Source: Mustelus asterias (taxonomy: Eukaryota). From it: a stretch of DNA of 64,000 nt. The stretch spans positions 43,400,001 to 43,464,000 of the forward strand of contig NC_135808.1 of assembly GCF_964213995.1 (NCBI RefSeq), in the 5' to 3' direction. The position numbers were made by a program, and so were the translations under genes. Shown one piece after another: positions 35,351 through 48,939 of this stretch (the first letter of the stretch is position 1; every line of letters begins with the position of its first letter). Under the pieces are notes generated by a model. It was not told the DNA's origin. It made no database searches and worked only from the letters and a program-made list of their open reading frames with translations.

Positions 35351-35654
35351 GAAGAGATTGAAAGTGATCTTGTGAAGGATTATTCAGAGAAAGGTATGAG
35401 CGGGGAAATTGAGTAAAGGACATAGGGATAGGTGTTGAAAAGATAATTAAAGTGAATTAGGCAGATGCTTAACAGAATGGTCGTGCATAATTAGCTTGCT
35501 TTGTTATTCCATGTCTCTGTTGAGAAGCGCAGGATCCCTTATGTATTTTAAAGCTTCAGCAACTTTCCCTGGGACTTGGTGACATTTGTATATATTGACT
35601 GCAAGTCTATATGCTCCTATACATGGTTCATGTTATCAAACCTCTTGAACATTT

Positions 35655-37170
35655 GCATCCAAGGAATCAGTCTGGTAAACCTTTGCTGCACACCCTCTAT
35701 AGCAAGAATATCCTCCCTCAGATACGTAGACCAAAAACTAGGTGCATTCTAACCAAGACCTTGTACAATTGCAACAAGTCATCTCTGCTCCTCTACTCAA
35801 ATCCTCTCGCTATGACGGCCAACATACCATTTGCCTTCTTTACTGCCTGCTGCACCTAAGTGCTTACTTCAGCAACTAGTGTACAAGGACACCCAGGTCT
35901 AGTTGCACATTCCCCTCTCTTAATTTATAGCCATTCAGATAATATCCTGTCTTCCTGTTCTTGCTACCAAAGTGGATAACCTCACATTATCCACATTTTA
36001 CTGCATCTTCCATGCATTTGACCACTCACTCAGCTTTGTCCGTATCACACTGAAGCATTTCTGTATCCTCCTCACAACTCATCTTCCCACCCATCTTTAG
36101 ATTATAGAATCATCGAATCCCTACAGTACAGAAGGAGGCCATTCAGCCCATCGAGGCTGTATCAACCACAATCCCACTCAGGCCCTATTCCCATAACAGC
36201 ACACACTAGGGTCAATTCAGCATGGCCAATCAACCTGACTCACACATCTTTGATAAAGGTATCACCCTTGATGTGGTGTACTTCGATTTCTGAAAGGCAC
36301 TTGATACAGTGCCTGAAAACAGACTTCCAGGCAAAGCTAATGTTGATGGAGTAAAGGGGAGCTCAGCAACATGTATATGAATTTGGCTGAGTGACAGGAA
36401 GCAGCGAGTAATGGTCAATGGATGCATTTTATGACTGGAACGCGGGTTACAGAGGATATATTAATTACCTGGACCTTGGCTTACATGACAGAATGCGATA
36501 ACCATGTTGACTGTACAACTTCAGGACATTGGCAAATTCATGGAATGAATGGATAAATGGCAGATGAATTTCAATGTGGAGATTACTTTTTGTTAGCAGA
36601 AGATGTGTTCGCAGACAGTAGAAAAGAAATGGTACAGTTGTACAAATGGTTTACAAGCAAAGCTGTAAATGTCCATGAATCATTGAAGGTTAAGAGCGTG
36701 GATGATAAATTATCTCAAGCTTAATTAATAGTGGTCTAGAGTACAAGAGCAATACAATTGTGTTCAATTTGTAGAAAATGCACTGGTTCAGTCTCAACTG
36801 GCGTATTATCTCCAGATCTGGATGCTGCACTTTAGGAAAGATTTGAAGCCATTGGAGAAAGTGCAGAAAAGATTCACGAGAATAGTTCCAAGGATGTTCA
36901 GTCAGATAGATTGGAAAAGGTTGGGACTGTTTCCCTGGAAATGTGCAGGCTAAAATGAGATTTATTAGACGCGTTCAACACCAGGAGGTTACACACTGAT
37001 CTGTGATGATAGATGACACACTGATGACAGAGAACAAGTGGTCACAAATTGAAGGCGATTTGTAAGAGAAAGAATTGGTACAAAAGGAGGAGTTTTTTTT
37101 CATTTAGTCAGTCTTTTCAGATCTAGAATGCACTGTCGGATAGTGTTGTTGTGGTAGGTTCAATATTGAC
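35655..37170. mobile_element. Two decayed CR1 fragments (35655-36100 on -, 36255-37170 on +) separated by a partial HE1 SINE
   Basis: CR1 ORF2 nucleotide motifs on both strands. Confidence 0.7.
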
Positions 37171-37172
37171 AC

Positions 37173-38052
37173 TGTTATGAAGGGGGAGGATGATCCCCTC
37201 TCTGAGAATTAACACTCAACGACTCAAAGAGAAGTACCTCCCTTCATAATCAGTTAAAGAGGGTGTGAGAAGGGGTAATATCTGTGCTTCAGCAACTTTT
37301 AGTGGTTAAATCAAAATAACTACCTGAGACTCTCTCAGCAAAGCAAAAAGGAACACTTCCTTTATCTAACTAATAGTGAACAGGTTAACTAAACTATTAA
37401 CAAACCAAATAGAACACTATTCCAATGGAATGCTGTTTAGATAAATCTAATTCCCACTTCTTAACAAAAAAATAGAACTTTTAGTCAATCTGAAAATTTC
37501 AACCAGGTTTGTCATCTTCCGGAATCTTCTGTCTTCTTTGCTGATTTCTTCTGTCTTCACTATCAAGATGAGGCATTTTTTTAAAGAGATAAATGTGATA
37601 TTACGCTGGCAGAGACAGTTGCTGGCTATGTGTGTGTCTCTCTCTCGAGCTGTGTGCTGTGGCAGAGGCTGGCTGGCAGAGGCAGTTGCTGCCTGGCTCT
37701 CCGGAGCTGGCTCTTCCATCCCCGATGACAGACCAAACTCCCCACAATAGGATTAGTTTACAGGTTACTAAAACATCAAAATGAAATCTGTTAGGCTGCT
37801 GTTATTCAAATGCCTAATTTAAACTGATAGATTAAAATTCAAAAACGAGCTGTCGTCTTGGCAGCAGCACTGCCGATCCTTGCGGTACAATGTTTCACTC
37901 TGTGCTCACTGTATACATGCATTTTGCACCTGCGTCTCTTTTAACTCTCTAAGCAGAGCAAAAAACACTATTTTTAAACAGAATCATGAAATTTTACAAC
38001 TCTTAGCATTTTACAATTTTAAAATAATTTTACAAACACTAACTTCACAACG
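37173..38052. mobile_element. Solo LTR, ~880 bp
   Basis: Termini tgttatgaag…cttcacaacg (imperfect inverted); (g)acac duplicated on both sides; interrupts a CR1 3' end. Confidence 0.65.
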
Positions 38053-38939
38053 ACACTCATTAAGGAATTGGCTATTAGCTGATAATGGGGAATGTACCAG
38101 GATAAGGGGAGAAGGCGGGGAGTGGGACAGGGTGAAGTGATCATGTGGAGAGCTGGAACTGGCTTGGCCGAATGGTCTCCTTCTGGGGGAGGGGAGGGTG
38201 GAGGTGAGGAGTGAGCATGGGGGAAGAATGTCAGAAAAAGTGGAGAGTGTTTGGGTGTGGGGAGAGAGATAGATGGGGAGGGAGGCGGGGGGATGGTGGA
38301 ACCACAAGAATTGAGAGGCAGTTTAAGAGGCAGAGCTGTAGAGAAAGCTTTAGGAAAGATTTGAAGCCATTGGAGAAAGTGCAGAAAAGATTCACAAGAA
38401 TAGTTCAAGGCAAATGGAACAAAAGTTTGATTAAGAAACGGGGAAAGGGAAAGTAATTTTGGGAAAGGTTAAGAGAAAAGAATGGAAGGAGAGATTGAGA
38501 AAAAGGCATAGGAGGGAGATAAAGGTAATATAGGTCAGGGGAAGAGCCAATTACAACAGGCAGGAGGTATTAAGGGAAAGGAACAGATATTGATTTGCAA
38601 AGGGAGAGAGATAGTTAAAGAAAGACAGTGAGTGGTAAATAAAGAAAGTGGGAGAGATGAGGGAGGGAGAGAAGTGGGAGCGGGGAGCGGGAGAGATGAG
38701 GGAGGGAGAGAAGTGGGGGAGAAGGTTGGGGAGGAGGTGGTGGAAGAGAGAAGGGGAGGGGGGAGGGAAATTGTTAATATCAGAGTCAGTTTTATAGAGA
38801 ATAGATAAAAACAGATTTAAAGATAAAATCCTGGGGGAGAGAGAGGAATAGAGATCGGATATATTCAATTGCACTTTGAAGGTTCTTTTGAAACTACTTC
38901 TTCCACCTTTCAGATTGTAACAATTCACCTGTGAATAAA

Positions 38940-39133
38940 GGGCTGCACAGTGACAGAGTGGTTAGAACTGCTGCCTCTCACAGTGCCAGGGACCTGGGTT
39001 CAGCCTTGGGTAACTGTCTGGAGTTTGCACATTCTCTCTGTGTTTGCGTGGGTTTCCTCCGGGTACTCCAGTTTTCTTTAACAGTCCAAAGATGTGCAGG
39101 TTAGGTGGATCGATCATGCTAAATTGCCTCATT
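38940..39133 (+). mobile_element. 5' half of an HE1-type SINE split by the Harbinger (3' half at 46263-46370)
   Basis: The SINE reads …gctaaattgcctcATT | gtgtccc…ggattagtggggtaaat across the insertion. Confidence 0.75.
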
Positions 39134-39814
39134 AAACCCGATTTTACCATTTTCATTCTAAGTGCTGAATCTGGGCCCAATTCAGATCCAACTTTGAAAT
39201 CTGCTTTCAGGCACCCGAACATGCGCAGTTAGAAAAAAACAAAAAGTGCACCCCTGCCACATCGCGCCCGGACCGGTTAATGCCTCCCTCTAGCCCCCAC
39301 AGACATTGCCCCACCCCCACAACATTACAGACCCACCTATCCCCCCACCCTCCGCCATCCAGAACAATCGCGGTCCCCTCCCCCTTTCCCCTCCACCGAT
39401 CTCAGGCAGAGTGGCAGCGGACACCCCTTCCCCCTCACTCATCTCAGGCAGCGTGATCCACCCAGCCCCCTCCACACTACAGATATCAGGCAGAGTGATC
39501 CCCCTCACCCCCACCCCGGACCCTCCCACACAAGGCCCCATCTCCTCTGGACTCCGATGGCTGTGTGACACCTCCCTCTCTCTCCCCTGTCCCTAATCAT
39601 TGAGGCACTCATCCACTCCCCACCCCGCTCCCCAGCAGCACACCTGCAAGTGCTCACTTGCTTTCCCCTCAATGCTAACAAGCAAACTGCATGGAACTTG
39701 CTGGAATGCTCTGCCAAACTGCCTGCAGCTGATCTGCCCTAACGAGGGGCAGCTCCATAAAAAACTCAAGAATGGACAGGCAGGCAGGCAGTGCAGGGAG
39801 AAAATGAGCTCATG

Positions 39815-42081
39815 ACCATCTCCCCGATTTTCTGAGGATGACCTGGGGAGGCATCTGGATGCAGCAGAGGTGAGGCGGGACACCCTCTTCCTCCCAGGAG
39901 GACGCAGACCCAGGGGGGGTGATGGCAATGCGGCCTGGAAGGAAGTCGCCACCTCGGTCAGTGCCAGGGCAGTGGCCCCCCAAACCGTGAAGCAGTGCCG
40001 GAAAAAACTCAATGAGCTCACCCGTGCAGCAAGGGTGAGTGCTGAACCCCATTTAGCATGTTCCCCCATATCTCCCCCAGATCCTCCCATTCCCAGCATC
40101 CAGCATGCTTTCAGCTCCTGACCCCCAAGCACCTCCTTCCTTTTTCCCCAATGAGCCCCACGATGTTTGCCCTCTAAGGGTCACCACCTGATTCATCTGC
40201 ATGAGTCACACCACCATTTGTTTCATGGCTCCTTCTGTCTCCACAGAAGAAGACCAAGCACAACCCCCTTGAGAGGGTGAGGACAGGGGGTGGTGAGCCA
40301 GACCTCCGGGTCCTCACCCCCTTCGAGGAGACGCGGGCTGTCAGCGACAGCATGGTCGGGCTGCCGTTCAGACGTGAGCATCTGTCATTCCTACACTCAC
40401 TTTGAGGCAGCTTCCTGGGGGCACGAGTTTCAGGTGCAAGGGGCAAGGTGTAAAGGAGATGTACGAGGCATGTTTATTTGCATAGAGAGGGTAGTGGGTG
40501 CCTGGAACTCACTGCTGGGGGAGGTCGTGGATGCAGAAACGATAGGGACATTTAAGGGGCATCTCTACAGCTATCTGAATGGGATGGGAATAGAGGCATA
40601 TGGAAGGGTAGGGGCAAACAAATCAGATGGGCAGCCTGGTCGCTACATGGTTGGAAGGCCAAAGGGCCTGTTCCTGTGATGTAATTTTCTGGGTTCTTTG
40701 TTCTATGTTCAATGGAGACATATGATTCATGTGTTTGGCATCCCAGATTCCTCTCCTTCCCTTGCACTTAACCTTGTGTCCTGTGTTGCAGGGACAGGTC
40801 CTGACGCCCCAGGGCCTTCTGGACCACAGGCCCCGGCTACAGCTCCCACCCATCCTGAGAACGATAGCTCGGATGAGTCCTCAGAGGATATGGGTGAAGG
40901 AACCTCCGAGGTTGGCACCATTTATCCGTCAGCTTGTACTCACAACTCACCATCGCAGAAACTGACACGTCGGTGGGTCAGTTAGTGTTGAGGCTTCTGG
41001 GTCACAACCTGGTGAGCACGACACATCTGCTGATGTACATTGGGTGGAGGAGGGAACATCCGAGGCCTCTGGCATGCGGGGGCCTGCCGGAGGTGAGGAC
41101 TCAGCTGGCCCCAGGCTACATGCTGGTCCTCTGAGATCACTTCTCCCTCAGCTGCTGGAGATGCAGCAACAGAGCCAGGGAATGCAGGAGGGGCTGACGG
41201 CCACACTGGACCAACTGCGAGGCTGCTGGGAGGAGTCCCAGAGCTTTCAGGTGGACCAGCTGTTGCCTGTCTTGCATGCTTCCGAGGCCAACACTGCAAG
41301 GGTGGCGTCTGTAGTGGAAAGCCTGGGGCAGGGGATCCTCACCATGGGTGGCAGGCTCCAAGCAATGGCCGAGTCACAGCAGGTCACAGCGGAGGGACTG
41401 AGCAGGATTCTCAAGGTTCTGCGGCCCATGGCTGAGAGGCTCAAGAGCTTGCAGGAGACCCAGTGGGACTGCACTGAGGCACAGCGGGCAATGGCAGCAA
41501 CCCTTGAGAAGGTGACCCAGTCTCAGAGGGCCATGGCTGAGGGCTTGCGGAGTGTGGCCCAGTGCCAGAGGGCACTTGCTGCGGCCATTGAGAAGTTGCC
41601 CACGACTCAAGTGGCCATCGCGGAGAGGTCGACCACCATGGGTAGGACGCAGGTGGTCCTCCAAGACTGGCAGTGCCAGGTGACACTGGAGCTTCTGGAC
41701 CTCACTGCAGAAGCACCAGTGTCCCATGGAGTGACCCAGGGGCCAAAAGGGACCCCAAGGGAGGAGGAAGGGCTCGAGCCCATGCCAGGGCCTTCCAGCC
41801 AGGAGACTGTGGCTGTGGCAATACCTTCTGACTCCCCCCTTCCTGACACCGAGGCATCTCAGGGGCAGTGGGATGAAGAGGGTGTCATGGAAACATCCCA
41901 GACACCTGGAAGCAGACCAGGGCCCTCAAGGTTCAGGGCCTCGAGAGGACGCCCTCCTCGCGCATCACAGACCACGGGGCGAGGTAGGCAGCTGGCCCCC
42001 TCCACCTCTGATGTACATTCTGGGGAGTCACTGAGATGTAGTGGTAGGCCACGTAAGGTTAGGAAGTTGCAGTTGCACTGA
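39815..42081 (+). pseudogene. Harbinger Myb/SANT (trihelix) DNA-binding protein gene, three exons (about 39815-40034, 40247-40373, 40792-42081)
   Basis: PRFSEDDL…AWKEVA..VSA…QCRKKLNEL |gtgagt; cag| KKTKHN.LERVRTGGG; last exon coiled-coil-like, ending GRPRK; stop codons and frameshifts near the start and at about 40950-40990. Confidence 0.8.
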
Positions 42082-42941
42082 GATGGCACGGGTGAAGGGC
42101 TGCACTAGTTAGAAAGAAATGTAACATTTTTGTAATTTAACATTTTCTTTTCACAAGTTTTTATGTTTCACCACAGATCATAGATACCCTACAGTGCAGA
42201 AAGAGGCCATTTGGCCCATCGAGTCTGCACCGACCACAATCCCACCCAGGCCCTACCCCCATATCCCAACATATTTACCCACTAATCCCTCTAACCTACA
42301 CATCTCAGGACACTGAGGGGCAATTTTAGCATGGCCAATCAACCTAACCCGCACACCAGCTTATCTAAATGCCTTTATTGTAAATAAATGCTTTTTTTCA
42401 ACACCTACCTGTGAACAAGTTGTCTCGAATATGATTCCTGCTCCATTGACGATCACCTGACGGATGCCTCATGGTGATATCAGTTGAGGTGGCCCCTCAA
42501 TGCAGTGTCACTGAGAAAAGGAAGTCATTGGTCTCTCCTATCCCACGAGCGATTACCTCCCAACCCCCATCCCACCCGCCCCAGGGCCCTGTATAGGGGT
42601 TTCGGATATATTATCCACTAGACAGACATGGAGCCAGGTGCCAGCGTGCATGTGGAGCTCAGGTAGGAGTCAGACTAGTTTGCACCAGGGCATCATCATA
42701 ATGGTGCTTAGCGAGTCGTCATCACCCTCCAGCCTACCAAAGAATTCACTAACACAGAGTACCCAGACCCACCACTCTGGTGTGACAATGTGCAGGATAT
42801 ATAGAAGGCATTTGGCGGGGGCGGGAATGGAACCCACAGTCACCATCCCCTAGCGACTGAACCGCCTGATTATCAGAGCCTCCCTTGCTGCCCTCGCATG
42901 CCTCAGCTGAGATGTCAGCCCTCCACCGCCTGGCTGGTGTT

Positions 42942-44130
42942 TCAAGGCGCTCTCTTCCTCCTCTTCCTCTTCCTCCCTTCCTCCTCCTCCTGCTGGTCAT
43001 CCTCCCCAGTGACATCCGGCTGGTCATCCTCCACGTCATCTTCCTCCTCCAAGAGATCACCTTGCTGCACAGCCACATTGTGCAAGGCACAGCACACCAC
43101 CTCTATGCGGGAGGAGATTAGGGGGCTATACTGGAGGGCCCCTCCAGATCGGTCCAGGCACCGGAATCGCATCTTGAGGAGCCCAATGCACCTCTCTACT
43201 GTCGCGCAGGTGGCTACATGGGCCTCATTATAGCGGGTCTCCACCTCAGTCACAGGCCTCTGCACAGGCGTCATCAGCAGGTATCCCATATCACCCAGGA
43301 GCCACTCCCGCAGCCTGGACTCCTCCCCAAATGCTTCTGGGATGTCCAAGCTCCTGACAATGAAGCTGTCATGCACACTGCCTGGGTGTCTGCTGCAGAC
43401 GTGCATGATGGTCATATTGTGGTCACACACGATTTGTACCTTCAGGGAGTGGAATCCCTTCCTCTTAACAAATCGTCGTGGATTCTGTAGGGAGGCCCTG
43501 AGGGTGACGTGGGTGCTGTCGACCACCCCCGGCACATTCGGCATCCCCGCAATTGCAGTCGAACCCTGCAGCCCGGGCTTCCTGATAGGTCTGTTCCAGG
43601 TTAAATCTGATGTACTGCCCAGCCTGGGCACACAGGGCTTCAGTGACCTGCTTGACACAGGTGTGCACTGAAGACTGGGAGACGCCATAGACACCGCCAC
43701 TCAGGTCCTGGAAGGAGCCAATTGCGTAGAAGTTCAGAGCAGCCATCAATTTGAGAGCCACCGAGAGTGGGTAACCCCCGCCCACCCCCCCCCCCCCCCC
43801 TAGGCGCCAGGTCCTGCAACAGGTTGCACAGGTATCGCATGGTCTCCTTTCGGAGTCGGAGACGTTGGCGGCATACGGTGTCCGACATCTCCTCGAAGGA
43901 AACTTGTGCACGGAACTGCCGGGGTCTCTGCTCCCTCCTTCTCCTTTCCCCCCGCTCTGGGTGAGTGGCGGCCACCTCCTGCCTCTGGTGGTCGTCTCCC
44001 TCTGGTCCTGCAAGTGGTAAGGCCCAGGCCTCATGGGCCCGCAATTCTTCCTTCAGTTCTTCCTCCTCAGCTCCACCAGCAACCAAAAGAACAGCAAGAT
44101 TGGTTGCATTGATTGCATTGCAAAAGCCAT
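42942..44130 (-). pseudogene. Harbinger DDE transposase (HARBI1-like), frameshifted
   Basis: Motifs spread across frames: CRQRLRL; ALNFYAIGSFQ…GVSQSSVH (HTH); VDSTH, RKGFHSL.VQIVCD, PGSVHD, LLGDMGY, VERCIGLLKMRFRCLD, CCALHN. Confidence 0.92.
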
Positions 44131-44204
44131 CTGGTCACTCTGAAGGGAGGGGGGGGTGGAATGGAGGGAGGTGGAGATGAACAAATGTGGAAGCCATGCA
44201 ACAC

Positions 44205-44330
44205 TGCTTGCTCCAAGCACAATCACATACCCCCCCATGCCCCCCAATTCCCCCAGCCACATGCTCCCCACAATCACAGCCCTCCATGCCCCCCAATCCC
44301 CCCAGCCACATCCTCCCCACAATCACAGCT
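44205..44330. repeat. ~49-bp tandem repeat inside the Harbinger
   Basis: cacaatcaca…ccatgcccccca.tcccccagccacat, about 2.5 copies. Confidence 0.75.
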
Positions 44331-44886
44331 CCTGGTAAAGTTGAGAGGCTGCAGCAGTGCTATCTGCGAGGGTTTTGTGCACATCCTTCAGCCTGAAGTG
44401 AGCTCAGTCTGCTCGGACCCAGCAGCACTGCAAGACCCGAGGTCAGTGCTGAGACCCGGGTCCGTGCTGCAAGAGAAACATCGGAGACCCTGCAGAGCAA
44501 CAGCCCCCCACCCCCCACACACTCGCAGAGCCCCCACCGACCCGAGATAGAAAATGGCCGCAACAACAGGACACCCGTGAGTAGCAGAGAGCCGTTGGAC
44601 GCCATGCACTTACCTCCTCACCAACCCTCACTGATGAAGCGCCCGAATCAGACTTTTATTCAGCATGTCCATTTCGGGCCGATTCCGGATTGGCGAACGC
44701 GGTGGTAAAGGAGGAAGTGCTGGTAAAGTTGGGTGGGCAGCCTATTAATTCAATTGAAATGCATGCACATGCATTTAAATCGCCGTTGCGCCTATTTCGG
44801 GTGCGATTTGGATCGCGGCCATTTTCGGGCCTTGGTAAAGTGGGCATCTGCGCGGATGTGGGTGCAGATCGCATTAATGGCCTGAC

Positions 44887-46213
44887 AAAGAACAAAGAAC
44901 AAAGAACAGTACAGCACAGGAAACAGGCCCTTCGGCCCTCCAAGCCTGTGCCGCTCCTTGGTCCAACTACACCAATCGTTTGTATCCCTCCATTCCCAGG
45001 CTGCTCATGTGACTATCCAGGTAAGTCTTAAACGATGTCAGCATGCCTGCCTCCACTACCCTACTTGGCAGCGCATTCCAGGCCCCCACCACCCTCTGTG
45101 TAAAAAACGTCTCTCTGATATCTGAGTTATACTTCACCCCTCTCACCTTGAACCCGTGACCCCTCGTGATCGTCACCTCCGACCTGGGAAAAAGCTTCCC
45201 ACTGTTCGCCCTATCTATACCCTTCATAATCTTGTACACCTCTATTAGATCTCCCCTCATTCTCTGTCTTTCCAGGGAGAACAACCCCAGTTTACCCAAT
45301 CTCTCCTCATAGCTAAGACCCTCCATATCAGGCAACATCCTGGTAAACCTTCTCTGCACTCTCTCTAACACCTCCACGTCCTTCTGGTAGTGCGGCGACC
45401 AGAACTGGACGCAGTACTCCAAATGTGGCCTAACCCGCGTTCTATACAACTGCATCATCAGACTCCAGCTTTTATACTCTATACCCCGTCCTATAAAGGC
45501 AAGCATACCATATGCCTTCTTCACCACCTTCTCCACCTGTGTTGCCACCTTCAAGGATTTGTGGACTTGCACACCGAGGTCCCTCTGTGTTTCTATACTC
45601 CTGATGACTCTGCCATTTATTGTATAACTCCTCCCTACATTATTTCTTCCAAAATGCATCACTTCACATTTATCCGGATTAAACTCCATCTGCCACCTCT
45701 CCGCCCAATTTTCCAGCCTATCTATATCCTGCTGTATTGCCCGACAATGCTCTTCGCTATCCGCAAGTCCAGCCATCTTCGTGTCATCCGCAAACTTGCT
45801 GATTACACCAGTTACACCTTCTTCCAAATCATTTATATATATCACAAATAGCAGAGGTCCCAGTACAGAGCCCTGCGGAACACCACTGGTCACAGACCTC
45901 CAGCCGGAAAAAGACCCTTCGACCACTACCCTCTGTCTCCTATGGCCAAGCCAGTTCTCCACCCATCTAGCCACTTCCCCTTGTATCCCATGAGCCTTAA
46001 CCTTCTTAACCAACCTGCCATGTGGGACTTTGTCAAATGCCTTACTGAAATCCATATAGAGGACATCCACGGCCCTTCCTTCATCAACCGTTTTTGTCAC
46101 TTCCTCAAAAAACTCCACCAAATTTGTAAGGCACGACCTCCCTCTGACAGTCTGTCACTAATGAGATTGTTCCGTTCTAAATGCACATACATCCCGTCTC
46201 TAAGAATTTACAT
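44887..46213 (-). mobile_element. Young 5'-truncated CR1 inserted in the Harbinger right end
   Basis: Open 384-aa RT ORF 44967..46121; (gttcttt)n tail; cctgac duplicated at 44881-44886 and 46214-46219. Confidence 0.93.
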
Positions 46214-48049
46214 CCTGACTTTACCGCGTTTTCGTGCCCGACGCAATGGTAAAATCAGGGACATTGTGTCCCAATAAGTTTTTGTTTAGGGGGATTAGTG
46301 GGGTAAATAGTGGGGTTACTGGGTGGTGTGGGCGTGGATAAGATGTTCGTTCGGGGAGTCGGTGTAGACTGTCTGTTGGAGTTCCATTATCTCATTCACT
46401 GTTGATCGGTTGCCAGTACTTCTAGAATTGTGTTGTTTAGTTCGAGACACTCTCGGAATCCTCGTTTACTACATGGAACTCCTTTTAAATGTTCAACACC
46501 TATCTTGAAACTGCCTTTAAACCCCCCACCCATAAACATCTCAGTTCCCGCCTTTCCAAATAACTGCAAAAACTAAATAACTAATATCTTTCTGGTAAAC
46601 CATTTCTGCGCTATTTATAAAGCCACCATTCATAAAATTTGTTTACAGAACTGGACAATGCATTCCAGCTAATGCATAACCACTCTTTGGTAATGTTTGA
46701 GAGTAACGTCCTTAATTTTGAATTCTATGACTCTATTCGGAATGCTCGGGGTTCCCGCACGTTTTGCACGGCCGTATGAACTGATACTGTGACCTTCAGA
46801 AATGTGCGCACACAAACCCCATGTGCATTTATTCTCGTGACATGTTTGTGACCATCAATCCTCTTTAATATCGCAAGTGTAATAACTGTGTCCTTTCCTT
46901 GAACAGAAATCTGGGTTACAATGTTAGGTAGCATTGAGGATCTTACAATGAGTCATGCTCCTTGTTATTTAATGGCGTTGTCAACTGGTCACCAATATCC
47001 GGCTGTCCGCCTCTTGTGAAATAGCAGAAGATATTTGAGCTGAATTCTTCTCCAGGTTAAATTGTCTCCCTTTGTCAACTCGAGGGAGGCAATAAACTCG
47101 AACTGAGAATCTAAATGAATTGGTTCATTACTGACAGCAATATATGTGAATAAATATTTCATCCACAAATTATGCAACAGTCATTTTATCTTACTGAGTT
47201 TATTAACGAAATTAAAGGAGCATTACCAGTTTCCATCTCGTTATATAAACTGTCGCCAGATATTGTGCAACTTTATTGCAAAACTAGAACTCTCCGTGAA
47301 TTTTTAAAACATTTTATTTTGTAAGTTTTGAGTATTTCTTCTCGCAAACTTTATTTTCAACTTGTACACTTCTCCGCTGAAGGCTTTCCCGCGACAGGTG
47401 AACAGTCTCTATTCGGGATCCAAACAATGAACCTGAGAAAACATTGATTCATGGAAACAGAAACATCCGATTTCAACAGCAGTGTCCCCACTCCAGTGGG
47501 TTGGAGCTCACGCCGAGGTCACTCCTCTGAAGCTGAATGCAGCAGAATCAATGTGGTATTTGTGCTCCTAATCCTCTGATTGTATTGGGAATGAGGATAG
47601 AACCGGGGCTCCAGAATTGGTGTTGAAGTTGCAAAACTGGCAGCAGGCACTATCCTCAAGCCCAAAATCTTTTCCAGGACTCATTTAAAAGCTAAAGTAT
47701 CACGCAATTAGATTTTAGATGGAACGTTGTATACCACCATGGCTGCAAGTGGAGATTATTACATTAAAAAAAACCCTCTCGTTTTCATTTCAGTTGATTA
47801 AGCTCCAGTGAGACTTGGCGGTTCGATTTAATTGTGGGTGCAATTCAACTTCAGCTGAAGTCTAAAGCAGGCGATAGCAGATCCCTCTCCCGTCACACAG
47901 CCCCCACCACTTTAATCTCCATCAAACTCTCCTGACATGAAATTCTTGTCGGGCATATAGCAGGCGGCTCACTGACTGCATTATTAAAAAGGAAATGTAT
48001 GTCAGTTCTCCGAAGTCAGCTCTAGTTTGATTAATCTCAGACCTTTCAG

Positions 48050-48939
48050 CTATTTGCTTAATTTAGTAACGAAAGCCAGAGGATGTTTAAACAGATTCTT
48101 CAACTCCTCTCTGAATTTAGCCTGGGAAGCTACATAAATGATGGTGTTTGTGCAGGAACCCAGATCCTGAAGCATATAGCCAACTTGTTCTACAATGGCG
48201 AATGGATTGCTATAATCTGACTGTAAGAATTCAACATCTGTAATTTGGGCACAGATGAAATGAATCAGGATGACCAACCATAACAGTATAAAATTTCCGG
48301 ATATGAGCAGCAGTAACACAACTGACCTCTTTCGATTTTCCATTTCTGGGTCGTTGCCACTGTTCCTGAGAGCCTTCCTGATCCTGCTTGTCAGTAAAAT
48401 GTGCCTGATGGTCAGACCATTGAACAACAGAACCAAGAAAAACGGAATAAAAGTCAGTAAAACTATATCAATCCATAGGTATGTAACCCATGCAGGTTCA
48501 GTATAACGGCTGGATTTCACAATGCAGAACCAGGATATATTGTCAATTATTACCTGAGGTTCAGACACAAAATATCTTGGTATATTCTCTAAAATGCTCA
48601 GCCCCCATATCGCTGCTACAATAACCTTTGCAGTTTTTTCGGTGCAATATTTTGTTCTTATTTGTTGGCAACAAATTGCCACATACCGATCAAAGGTGAA
48701 GGCGATAGTTAACCAGACGGAACATTCCACCGAAACAAAAAGCAGGAAGAATTTCATTCTGCACACGGGCGTGTAGTCTAGGAATGAATCCGGAAAATAA
48801 AGTTCCTGCAGCTCAAAGAGGGTGACATCAAATATCAGGCACAGCAAGTCCGCCACTGCCATGGTCAAGAGGTAAACAGTGATGCATCTGGAGAGGCCGC
48901 ACTTTCCCCGGGACAGGATCACAATGGTCACCACATTGG
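48050..48939 (-). CDS. GPR139/GPR142-like class A GPCR, exon 2
   Basis: ttgcag|CC AAT GTG…; NVVTIVILSRGKCGLS, MAVADLL, SVWLTIAFTFDRYVAICC, KYCTEKTA, DPEMENRKRS, LGSCTNTIIY, KFREEL; TAG stop. Confidence 0.92.

Larger units (their letters stand above)
39134..46262. mobile_element. PIF/Harbinger DNA transposon, TIR to TIR, decayed
   Basis: TIR core cc(c/t)gattttaccatt at 39137-39151 and 46245-46259 (14/15 match); 3-bp TSD ATT; convergent Myb/SANT and DDE transposase genes. Confidence 0.88.
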
